DNA of 64,000 nucleotides from an uncultured Bacilli bacterium. Its GTDB lineage: Bacteria; Bacillota_I; Bacilli_A; RF39; UBA660. Each line of letters starts with the position of its first letter. Positions within the stretch are counted from its first letter, which is position 1. This document shows positions 29,853-39,900 of this stretch, piece by piece. The DNA lies in the NCBI GenBank assembly GCA_910584255.1, contig CAJTXV010000001.1, positions 81,318 to 145,317 of the forward strand, written 5' to 3'. The translations under genes were made by a program, and so were the position numbers. The notes beneath the pieces were generated by a model. That model did not search any database, was not told where the DNA came from, and worked only from the letters and a program-made list of their open reading frames with translations.

Positions 29853-32800
29853 TTATGCTGCCTCCTTTTCTATCATTGGAATTTCTTGTATAACACTTTC
29901 TTCTACAGAAGAATTAGCAATAGTATTTTCAAGTAACATATTATTATATGATTCATAAATTTTACTTCCATCATAATGATCGATATATTCGCCACTTGTA
30001 TTTCTGAATCCTATTTGCTCTTGTTTTGAAAGTTCTACAATTACAGATTCCTGATCAATTTTAGTTTTTACTATATTTACATTTAAATATCCTGAAATAT
30101 TGTCTATCGTTAAAGGTATTTCAACAAAATTAGAATCAATTTTACACTTATATTTTGGAATAGTTATAGAAAGTGATTCTTTCTTTTTTTGCCCCTTTGG
30201 ATAAAATAGTTTTAAATATTTAGTGATTTCATTAAAAGATAACTTCTTTTCAAATGTTTTCTTAAATCCTTCCAACTTATATTGAGATATGCCATAATTT
30301 CCAAAGAAATTTTTCCTTGGATAAACAATCAAATAGCTTTTATCATCGGTCCAAACACAATTCTTTTTGATAACAAACAATAAAGTTGAAGGATTATCTG
30401 TTTTAATATAGAACCCTTTTTCAGTTTCTAAATATATTTTTGAACTATATACCCTACTAATTATTTCATTATATTTTGAAGTATAATTATTATCATAAAC
30501 AATACTATCTGTTGGATTTTCTTTTACTTCCTGGATTATTTCATTACTGGGAATTTCTTCTTTTTTTGTCTTATCTTCCCATTTGCTTTTCAAATTATAA
30601 AATGATTTATCATAGATATATTTACCATTTATATCATATATCTTATAAGTTTCACCATATTTTAATTTGGTATAAAATATTTCATCGCTATCTTTCCAAT
30701 CACATTCATTTTTAGGAATATACATGTATTCTTTTGCACCTGTATTTGGAATTCTAACAAAATAATGAGTATCAGTATCAAGATCAGGACGTAATAGCAC
30801 CTGATTTACTGAAAATTCAAAATCTTTTTTTAACTCTTTGATTTGCTCTATATCTTTGTTAATTGTAGATGCTTCTTTTTGTTCTTCTTCATTCGTAATA
30901 ACATTACTTTTATCCAAATTAAGTTTATTATCTAGGTTATTAAAAAAAAGAACTGTCTTATAATTTCCAGTCTTTCCTTTAAATTTATCATCTATGAAAT
31001 CTTTATCGATATTTAAAAATAAATTACCATACTTAAAAAATTGCATTTTATTTTTATTTAAAAATAATCTTTGTTTAATATTACCTTTAATTATATCTAA
31101 AGTTTTATTGTTGTAAGAAAGAATTCCATCAATATCACTTTCATTATTAATAATATAAAGTTCCTCAACCTCTTCTAAAGCAAGTTTTTCTTCATCGCTC
31201 AAGCTATCTTCAAATTGTTTAATAACCATTTGAATTTGATTTTCTTTTAGATTAATTTTAGCACTACCATTGGAATTCTTAATATAAGTTTGTTGAAAAA
31301 TATCAACATATTTAAAACGATTTAATGTCTCATAATCATTATATTCCTTATTATCTTTTAAAAATTCAGCTAGTAATACTTCAGTATTTAAAGAAGCAGA
31401 ACTTGGATCTAAATAATAATCAGGATTACTATTGAATAATGACACTAATCTTTTTTCAATAGTTTCCTTATGGTTATTAAAATAAACAGATAATACCTTA
31501 TCATCCATTCTTGAAATCTTAGATAATAACTCTGTATATAAAAAATTAGTCATAGCTTTTGCAGTTAAATTATCAATTACATTTGCTTTGTTTTCAATTT
31601 TCTTAGGATACATAATTTCATCAAGCTCTTGCTTATTAAATTCAGTATAATCCATGATATATTCTTTAAACAAAGCATCATCATAAGTATTAGTAATTAA
31701 TTTATCTTTTTTTAATGTTTTATATATTTCATAGATATTCTCTACTTTAAACTCAATATCTTTAAAATATTTATGATCTAATAAGAATCTAAACCCAGAA
31801 ACTTTTGACTTTTGTATATCCATAAAAGCGATATTTTTTTCAGATAAGTTTCCAAAATCCTTATAATCACCTATTTTAGAAAAATCTAATACATCTACTT
31901 TAATTCCTTTTTGCAATAACTCAGGGATTACTTTTATCATAGCATCATGACCTGCTTTGTCATTATCTAAAGCTAAAGTAATAGTGGAATGATTCTTTTG
32001 GATTAAGTTTAAATGTTCATCAGAAAGAGCAACACCCATAGTAGCTACTACATTCTCAAATCCAATTCTTTTTGCTCCTGCAACATCTAAAAAACCTTCA
32101 ACAATAATTATTTCATTATTATAAGCTAATGGTTTTGCATTAACAAAATTATATAATAATTCTCTCTTCTTAAAAATATCAGTTTCCTCAGTATGCAAAT
32201 ACTTAATTTCCTCATTTTTGATACCTCTTCCAGCAAAAGAAACAATATTACCTTTTTCATCTTGAATTGGAAACATAATTCGATTAGTAAAAGATTCTTG
32301 GATATTTCCATAGGAATCATATCTTAAATAACCTAGTTTCAATAAATCTTCTCTTTTAATTTTATCATTTTTCTCAGCAATTTTTAGTAATTGTCCTTTT
32401 TCGGAATAACCTAAGTTAAGTTCTTCTATTTGCTTATCCTCAACATTTCTGCCATGAAGATAATCTAAGGGTTCTTTATCAATAACAGTTAAATTATAAT
32501 TAAACAAACGTGCTAAATATTTATTAATTTCTAGCAATCTTTTTTCTTCTTCCGAATATTTTCTTGCTGAAATTTTATACTGATTATCATAATTTTTCTT
32601 GTTTAATCGTGATACATCAATATTTAAATTACAAATTTCTACTACTTTAGCAAGAGTTTGATTATAAGATAAATCCACATTATTCACTTGTTTTTCATAC
32701 TTTTGAACAAATGATATAACATTTCCTGTTACTCCACACGAAAAACAAGTTGCAATATTTTTTTTGGGTTTTACACTTAAACTAGCATGAGTATCATTAT

Positions 32801-32867
32801 GAAAAGGACACAAAGCTTTATTATTATGATTTAATTGAAGACCATAATAATTAAATACGTCTACCAT
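29853..32867 (-). CDS. Conjugative DNA primase (zf-CHC2 + TOPRIM) with a large C-terminal extension
   Basis: CPFHNDTHASLSV...CFSCGVTGNVISFV (CHC2 zinc finger); EIIIVEGFLDVAGAKRIG...ITLALDNDKAGHDAM (TOPRIM E...DxD). Confidence 0.75.
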   Translation of the reverse strand: MVDVFNYYGLQLNHNNKALCPFHNDTHASLSVKPKKNIATCFSCGVTGNVISFVQKYEKQVNNVDLSYNQTLAKVVEICNLNIDVSRLNKKNYDNQYKISARKYSEEEKRLLEINKYLARLFNYNLTVIDKEPLDYLHGRNVEDKQIEELNLGYSEKGQLLKIAEKNDKIKREDLLKLGYLRYDSYGNIQESFTNRIMFPIQDEKGNIVSFAGRGIKNEEIKYLHTEETDIFKKRELLYNFVNAKPLAYNNEIIIVEGFLDVAGAKRIGFENVVATMGVALSDEHLNLIQKNHSTITLALDNDKAGHDAMIKVIPELLQKGIKVDVLDFSKIGDYKDFGNLSEKNIAFMDIQKSKVSGFRFLLDHKYFKDIEFKVENIYEIYKTLKKDKLITNTYDDALFKEYIMDYTEFNKQELDEIMYPKKIENKANVIDNLTAKAMTNFLYTELLSKISRMDDKVLSVYFNNHKETIEKRLVSLFNSNPDYYLDPSSASLNTEVLLAEFLKDNKEYNDYETLNRFKYVDIFQQTYIKNSNGSAKINLKENQIQMVIKQFEDSLSDEEKLALEEVEELYIINNESDIDGILSYNNKTLDIIKGNIKQRLFLNKNKMQFFKYGNLFLNIDKDFIDDKFKGKTGNYKTVLFFNNLDNKLNLDKSNVITNEEEQKEASTINKDIEQIKELKKDFEFSVNQVLLRPDLDTDTHYFVRIPNTGAKEYMYIPKNECDWKDSDEIFYTKLKYGETYKIYDINGKYIYDKSFYNLKSKWEDKTKKEEIPSNEIIQEVKENPTDSIVYDNNYTSKYNEIISRVYSSKIYLETEKGFYIKTDNPSTLLFVIKKNCVWTDDKSYLIVYPRKNFFGNYGISQYKLEGFKKTFEKKLSFNEITKYLKLFYPKGQKKKESLSITIPKYKCKIDSNFVEIPLTIDNISGYLNVNIVKTKIDQESVIVELSKQEQIGFRNTSGEYIDHYDGSKIYESYNNMLLENTIANSSVEESVIQEIPMIEKEAA

Positions 32868-32924
32868 CTTTGCTTGATCTAAAATATCTCGATATAGACT
32901 TATTTTTATCCCCTACCTTTCTTT

Positions 32925-33803
32925 CTACATCCCTAGTTCTAATTCCAAATCATACTCTTCATTTTCTTTGCAAGGAATAGATTCTAATAATAATTCAGCT
33001 TCATTTCGACATTTGTATAATAATTCATTATTTAAATCAGATAATAAATGAACAAAAAAATCAGCATTATATACAATTTTACTTATTGGTAATGAAGTGT
33101 TAGAATCCTTAGTTGATTCATATAGATTTTCTATATATTTGTCTTTATCAAATTCTCGATAATATTTTTGTATTGCTCTAATTATAGTAGAAGGTTTATT
33201 TTCATCAACATGAATTGTAAATGAAAATTCTCTAAGGAATGAATCGAAGTTCCATATATTATTATCCACTTTAGTATCAAATCCATAGTCTTTTATAATT
33301 TTTTGAAATGTTTTTAAAGGCACTACATCAATATCTATATTTTCTCGTTCTTTATAATATCTACCAATTTTAAGTTTTTTAAAGATATTATCTCTATCTG
33401 AAAATCTATCACTCGTTGAGTATCTTAATAAATTTTCTTCTAGTTTTTTTAAATCATAATTGTAATAATCTTTATATCCCTCAATATTATAATGGGCAAT
33501 ATCCCCACATGCCAAAGTAAAAAAGTTATACAATGTTTTACTTAGATTTTCCAAAGTTCCAGTTTTTTGTAATTTTCTATACTCTTTAACTATTTTATTC
33601 AATGAATATACATTATTTCCATTGTATAATATATCAGATTTAAACTTTTTGGTATCCATACATTGCTGAATTATAATTCTATCCTTGGATTCAATTCCAG
33701 TCAAATCTAATCCTTCCAAAATATTTTTTTCTGATTCGATTACAGAACTATTACCAGACAAAGTAATTATACTTCCATTTTTATTTATTTTAATATTATT
33801 CAA
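32925..33803 (-). CDS. Hypothetical protein
   Basis: 292-aa ORF. Confidence 0.4.
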   Translation of the reverse strand: MNNIKINKNGSIITLSGNSSVIESEKNILEGLDLTGIESKDRIIIQQCMDTKKFKSDILYNGNNVYSLNKIVKEYRKLQKTGTLENLSKTLYNFFTLACGDIAHYNIEGYKDYYNYDLKKLEENLLRYSTSDRFSDRDNIFKKLKIGRYYKERENIDIDVVPLKTFQKIIKDYGFDTKVDNNIWNFDSFLREFSFTIHVDENKPSTIIRAIQKYYREFDKDKYIENLYESTKDSNTSLPISKIVYNADFFVHLLSDLNNELLYKCRNEAELLLESIPCKENEEYDLELELGM

Positions 33804-33812
33804 TTAGCCCTC

Positions 33813-34223
33813 CTATTTTTCAATTTCTATTTCTTCAACTTCATTCTTGATATTTTTTTCTATTTCTTTTTGTTTGTTTCTTTCAATCATATTTCTGGCA
33901 TCTCTTGCAATATTATTCCAATTTGTATAATGTGTTATTGATCTTCCAATTATTTTAGGATTTTTCATAATATTAAGTGCAACATTATTATAATTTCTAT
34001 ATTTAAAAGCTGCTAAATCATTTATCATAAGACTAATATATCTGTCTTCTTCTTTATCCTTTAATATTGCTGAAAATACATAATGATCTTTGTGATAAGA
34101 ATAAACTTCTAAATTATATTTAGACACTTGCTGCTTTAAATCTCTTATCATTTGATTTGGATAATCTTCATATATTTCTTTTGTTTTAAGGATTCTCGTT
34201 TCTAGCCATTCTTGATAATTCAT
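33813..34223 (-). CDS. Hypothetical protein; tail ...EVEEIEIEK
   Basis: 136-aa ORF. Confidence 0.4.
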   Translation of the reverse strand: MNYQEWLETRILKTKEIYEDYPNQMIRDLKQQVSKYNLEVYSYHKDHYVFSAILKDKEEDRYISLMINDLAAFKYRNYNNVALNIMKNPKIIGRSITHYTNWNNIARDARNMIERNKQKEIEKNIKNEVEEIEIEK

Positions 34224-34341
34224 AATTTTCCTCCTCTATAGCACATTTTCCTGATACAACACAACATGAATATAATACTAAGATAATAAAAGCAACTACT
34301 AATACTACCAAAGATATAATTATAAAATTAATCATTTAAAT

Positions 34342-35373
34342 TCACCTTTCTATTTCATAATCTTCTGTATTTACTTGGGATTCGATATTATGACACATCT
34401 TATCAAATATTTCTTTATCCTTTTCAATGGCAATACTATTTCTTTTTGTATTAAAACAGGCAATAACAAAGTTTCCACTACCAGCAAACTGATCAAGTAA
34501 TGTTTCATAAGGTTTAGAAATGTACTCAATAATATTTTCTAAAAGACTTACTGGTTTTTCAGCTTCCATTACTTTCTCTTTTTTGCCTCTAGGTTGATAG
34601 TCAAAAGAAGTGGGAAGCATACCAGAAGTTCCTTTCATATAACAAACTTCTAATTCATTTTCTACCAATAGATCTCTAACTTCATAAGAATTTTTACCTT
34701 TAATATCAATATTATTTTTTAAGGCAGTTTCAATATTTTTTTTGGCATCCAATTTTAATGCTCTTGGTTCACCTTTAGAAAAAATCATAACATCTTCTGA
34801 GTTTTTTGATTTTCTACCAGTATTTGCAATAAAAGTTCCTTTTATCCAAGGAACTTTTGCAAAATACTTAAAGCCACTTTTAATTGCCATCTCTTTTATT
34901 TTATAAAGATACTCAAAATTTATTTCAGATTCTTCAGGAAGAAACTCTACCATAAATGAACCATTTTTTAAAACTCGTTGTTTTTCATCAAAATCTTTTT
35001 GATTATATTTAAACAATTCATAAGTTGCGAATTTTCTATTTCCTCCTGTAAGAGCTTTGTTTAAATCATAAGGATGATCAGTTATAATGCCATCTATCGA
35101 ATTAGATTCAATCATAGATAAGTCTCTTCCATCACCGTTAATTAATAAACAATTGTTTTGATTTCCATCAATTTGAGATGAAACTTTATAAACACCTCTT
35201 GATATTTTTTGAAACAATCCTTTATCTACACCCTCGTATATTCTTGCCCTAATTGATTCATTATTTACATTCAATTTATTCACCTTTTTAACCAATGTTG
35301 TAGCTTCTTGAATTGTAAATTGTTCTTCATCTAAAAAGTATTGAAACAAATTCATTTGGATACTATTATTCAT
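34342..35373 (-). CDS. Orphan beta-class DNA N6-adenine/N4-cytosine methyltransferase; tail ...EDYEIER
   Basis: Motif IV variant ITDHPYDL (DPPY-like) precedes motif I LLDQFAGSGNFVIA; AEKPVSLLENII matches the HPTQKP-type block. Confidence 0.75.
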   Translation of the reverse strand: MNNSIQMNLFQYFLDEEQFTIQEATTLVKKVNKLNVNNESIRARIYEGVDKGLFQKISRGVYKVSSQIDGNQNNCLLINGDGRDLSMIESNSIDGIITDHPYDLNKALTGGNRKFATYELFKYNQKDFDEKQRVLKNGSFMVEFLPEESEINFEYLYKIKEMAIKSGFKYFAKVPWIKGTFIANTGRKSKNSEDVMIFSKGEPRALKLDAKKNIETALKNNIDIKGKNSYEVRDLLVENELEVCYMKGTSGMLPTSFDYQPRGKKEKVMEAEKPVSLLENIIEYISKPYETLLDQFAGSGNFVIACFNTKRNSIAIEKDKEIFDKMCHNIESQVNTEDYEIER

Positions 35374-36244
35374 TTGACATATCCCATTTCTTTGTATCTA
35401 TTCCCAACACAATATAGCTTTCCTTAAAATAATTGCATACAAATTTTCTTTGATTTTCATTTATTAAAGACAATTCTTTTTCTGTATCTCCTTTATAACT
35501 ACCATAAGGGCAGCCCATACATCCAGTACGTTCAATATATTTATATACTTTAGGAATTTCTATTTTGTATTTTTCATATATCTCATCTAGCAATTCATTA
35601 GTCAAATCATGAATTGGAGTAAACTTTTTATCTTTCGTAAAACAAGTAGTATACTGAGTTTTTCGTAACGCTCCTTCTGATTGTCTAACTCCCAAAATAG
35701 CTTTTTTGCCTGTTTCTTTTTCATATCTATGAAAAGGATCTTTTTTTAAATATTGACAGCATTTTGGACTAACTTTGTGCAATTTATCATTTAGTAATAA
35801 AGTTCTTGCTTTTTTATTCAAAGAAAAAGAGCTAGAATGTATTTTTCCATCTCTTCCAATAAATTTTCTTGAATTAACTCTTTCCATTAATGATCTAGTT
35901 CTACATCCTCTCTGATACCTATCTATAAAATCATCCTGAATTTTACTAAAACATGGTATTCCATACTTTGCCTTTATTTCTAATGGCTTTATTCTTGGAA
36001 ATAAAACTTTATCACTATTTTTAATTATTCTTTGTAAGATTTCATGATGCTCCATGTAGGTATTACACCCTACAATTTCTATACTGCTAAACTCTGGTGC
36101 ATATTCTTTGATAAACCAATATAAAAAATGACTATCTTTCCCTCCACTATAGGATAAATAATATTTTTCTAATCCTATTTTCTTAATTTTGTTAAATTTG
36201 GATTTTAAATCTTCTAAATAAAAATCAACATTATCTATATAAAT
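35366..36244 (-). CDS. PAPS-reductase-like PP-loop protein (DndC/DUF3440-like); 5' end extended beyond the tracked ORF, probable ATT/ATA start
   Basis: Frame continuous upstream of the tracked ATG (36055) encodes ...LEKYYLSYSGGKDSHFLYWF, a PP-loop SGGKDS; no ATG/GTG/TTG upstream; ATT at 36244-36242 lies 4 nt after GGAGG; 8-nt overlap with the MTase. Confidence 0.55.
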   Translation of the reverse strand: MYIDNVDFYLEDLKSKFNKIKKIGLEKYYLSYSGGKDSHFLYWFIKEYAPEFSSIEIVGCNTYMEHHEILQRIIKNSDKVLFPRIKPLEIKAKYGIPCFSKIQDDFIDRYQRGCRTRSLMERVNSRKFIGRDGKIHSSSFSLNKKARTLLLNDKLHKVSPKCCQYLKKDPFHRYEKETGKKAILGVRQSEGALRKTQYTTCFTKDKKFTPIHDLTNELLDEIYEKYKIEIPKVYKYIERTGCMGCPYGSYKGDTEKELSLINENQRKFVCNYFKESYIVLGIDTKKWDMSNE

Positions 36245-36301
36245 TTCCCCTCCTTTTTTTACTTCATATAGTTCATGTATGAGTAATCCAAATCTTTATT
36301 T

Positions 36302-36916
36302 TTATTCTTCTAACTTTCTAAAAAAACGTTGTAGAGTATACTGTTTCATCTTCGGGTGTTGGAGAGTATCTGTATGCAAAGCTTGATTCAATGAAAATAC
36401 AAAGGAACTATTATATAAATTATTTTCTTGTGTGCTACAATTCCATAGTTCACAAGTGGCTTCTTGAAATGACTTTACTAGATTGTAATTTCGATTAGAT
36501 GTCATTGCATCAAAAGAATCAGCAACTGCCAAAATCTGTGCAAAGCAAGGAATAGTAGATCCTAATAATTGATAAGGATATCCACTACCATCTAACCTTT
36601 CATGATGAGTAACAATAACTTCTAACAACTTAGAATCATAATCTTGTAATATTTTTTTTGCATACAAAGGGTGATTTTTGATTTTTTCATATTCTTGCTC
36701 TGTTAGTTTACTAGGTTTTTTTAAAATAGAGTCTGGAATATATAACTTTCCGATATCATGCAACAATGCAGAAACTACTAAAAATGATAACTGTTCATTC
36801 GTATATTCTAATGTTTTTCCAATAAGATAGGAATATTGAGCAACACGAATTGAATGATAATAAGTATTCAAATCTTTCTTTTTTAATAGTTCTAAATAGT
36901 GTTCTACATCCTTCAT
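36302..36916 (-). CDS. Stand-alone HD-GYP domain phosphohydrolase
   Basis: LHDIGK (HD) and HHERLDGSGYP (HD-GYP signature); no sensor domain. Confidence 0.75.
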   Translation of the reverse strand: MKDVEHYLELLKKKDLNTYYHSIRVAQYSYLIGKTLEYTNEQLSFLVVSALLHDIGKLYIPDSILKKPSKLTEQEYEKIKNHPLYAKKILQDYDSKLLEVIVTHHERLDGSGYPYQLLGSTIPCFAQILAVADSFDAMTSNRNYNLVKSFQEATCELWNCSTQENNLYNSSFVFSLNQALHTDTLQHPKMKQYTLQRFFRKLEE

Positions 36917-36975
36917 AAAATTTTTTCATCTACATTCATTTTGCTTATTTGAATTTTCAGTTTTATCATTCCCTT

Positions 36976-39900
36976 CTAATTAAAATTAATTTGTCCTAAA
37001 GACCTTGTCCATGATTCACCATACCCATTTGTACAACTAACACCAACCCAATACAAATATGGAAAACTATAATTAGTATAATTTGTATGAGCTGCTATAT
37101 AGTTTTTCTGAACTTCTGCTTGATATCTAGTTAAATTATAATCAGTAATAACCAGATAATTTCCTGGAAAATTTGGTGCTTCTATAATATTTCCTGTCCA
37201 ACCTGCACTTTGAAATACGCTTAATAATCCAGAAGCATTTCCATAAGGACCATGTCCAGTGATTAAATTACAATATGCCTCTGTAACATTAGCATTTAAA
37301 GTCACAGCATGTGAAGGCATACGATCTACCCAACCATTCCAACCATGGAAAGTATGGTATCCATCAAGTGCTGATTGTCCATCTAAATTTTCTAAAGCAT
37401 CATTATAACCAACAGACCTTGTAGTCCATAAATTACCATTTATATAATAATTTACATTATAGTAGTTTTTAGACCAAGTAGCAGTATAGTTTCTATTTCC
37501 AATACTCTTATTAATAGTTACTGTTTTACTTGCTGAGGATAGATCAGTTCCTGTCCATCCTTGAAAACTATATCCCTCTTTTGTAGGTATTGGAAGTGTA
37601 AAAGCTGGTGTCTCAATATTATAGCTTGTAAGTGATGAAGACATATTTCCTCCATCAAGGTTATAATTAATTGTATAGTTAATCACTTGCCAATTTGCTT
37701 CATAATTTTTGTTTCCTATGCTTCCTTTTGAAATTACAACATTTTTCTGAGGAATTGTACCATTTGATCCTGTCCAACCTAAAAATTCATATCCTTTTTT
37801 AGTAGGTGTTGGTATTATAATTTGCTCGGATTCAATATTATATTTTGATATCGGAGAATTCAAAGTTCCACCATTTAGATTATATACAATGTCATAATCA
37901 ATTACTTGCCAATCAGCAGTCAATTCATGATTATAGTTCTTTTTCATAACAGTAGAATCAGAAATCTTGTCATTTCCACTATACCAACCTTCAAAAGAAT
38001 ATCCTAATCTTGATGGTTCTGGAATAATTCCATATACACTATCATAAGAAACATTAATATCTGTAGGATTTACAGTTCCCTTATTTGGATTTAATTTTAC
38101 ATTATAAATATTTGCAGTCCAATTTGCTTTATAGGATTTATTTCCAGTTGTTCCTCTAGTGTGAGTTATTGTTTTCTGTGGATTTAATCCATTTGATCCT
38201 GTCCAACCTAAAAATTCATAACCCTCTCTTTTAGGATTTGGTAATGTGATTGATTCTGTTTCAACATTATATCGAATTGTTTTTACATCATCTTTTTCGC
38301 CTTTATTTAAATCATAATTTATTACATAATTTTCAATTTCATATTCGGCTTTGCAAGTTGTATCATCTTTAATAATATTGGATGTACAATTCCACCTTGT
38401 AAATGTATAACCATCAATGAATGGATCTTCAGGATAATTTGGATTACTTCCATAATCAATCTTTTCTTCTTTTAAAATTACACCAAATAAATCAACATAC
38501 TTTATTTTTAATTGAATTATCTCCCATTTTGCATACAAATCAATAACAGCAGTATCTTTAGAAGCTAGATTATATATTTCACTTTCATCAGTATATATAA
38601 CATCACCATCTATTTCAGTTGACCAACCTTTAAAAACATATCCCTCTTTTTCAAAAGAATTTTTTCTTAATTTTGCTTTAGTATTGTATTTTACTTTGGT
38701 ATCTTCCATTATTCCTTTAGCATCTTGAGAATGATAAGAAATATAGTAGGAAATTGGTTTGTAATTTGCTGTTAATTCAACATTACCTGTACTTCCTTTT
38801 GGTATTTCATAATCTTTTACAAAATTATCAGATTCATCAGTTGACCAACCTAAGAAAATATATCCCTCTTTTATTGGATTAGGAACTGTAATAGAATCAC
38901 TTTCAATATTATAAGATAAGGGATTATTTTCTATACTTCCTCCTACTAAATTATAAATAATATCATAGGATACAAACTGCCAGTTTGCAGATAATGTTAT
39001 ATCATTTGCTTCTTTAAAAATTGTATCACTACTTACTTCTTTATTTTCGTTATCTGCCCAATTAACAAATGTATAACCATTTTTCGTTACTTTTGGTAAT
39101 TCTCCAAAATTAGAATTGTATTTTACCATTTTTGGAGAAATGTTTTCTTTTGCACCATTTGTATTGAATATCAAATTATAAATATTAGGTTCATAATTTG
39201 CTATTAATTCAATATTGCCTGTACTTCCTTTTGGTATTTCATAATCTTTAATAGGTTCTTCATCTTTATCAACGGTCCATCCTACAAAATTGTATCCCAA
39301 TTTTTGTGGATTAGCGATTGTTAAAGAATCATGTTCAACAGTATAGTTCTGTGGTGCATCTTCTAATATTCCTCCATTTAATTCGTAAAAAATGTTATAA
39401 GTATTAATAATATAAGTTGCTTTAATAACAATATCTTCTTTTACTATTTTAGATTCTTTATCCCAACCATTAAATTGATAACCATTTCTTTTAGGAATTT
39501 GTGGTTCAACAATTTCTTGACCATAATCATATTTATTTTTAGATATAATAGAATCATCATAATCTAAAAAGGTTATTTCAAAGGTATTAATTTCCCAAAT
39601 TGCATATAAAATAATATTTTCTTTTGCTTTATCTGAAAGATTACTTACATCAACACCATCTTTATAAATTGGTGTATCATTAGAATTTGTTGACCATCCT
39701 ACAAAACTATATCCTTCTCTTTCAAATATTCCATTGGGTAATTTACAACTTTTATTTTCTTCACAAATAATAGAGTCCATCTTACCATTTCCACCATTAG
39801 CATCAAACTCAATAGTATAAGTAAATACTTCGTCATTACTTACTATTGGTTTTGTATTATTAGAAATCGGCATATCCTTATCCTTTTCTACCAATTTAGA

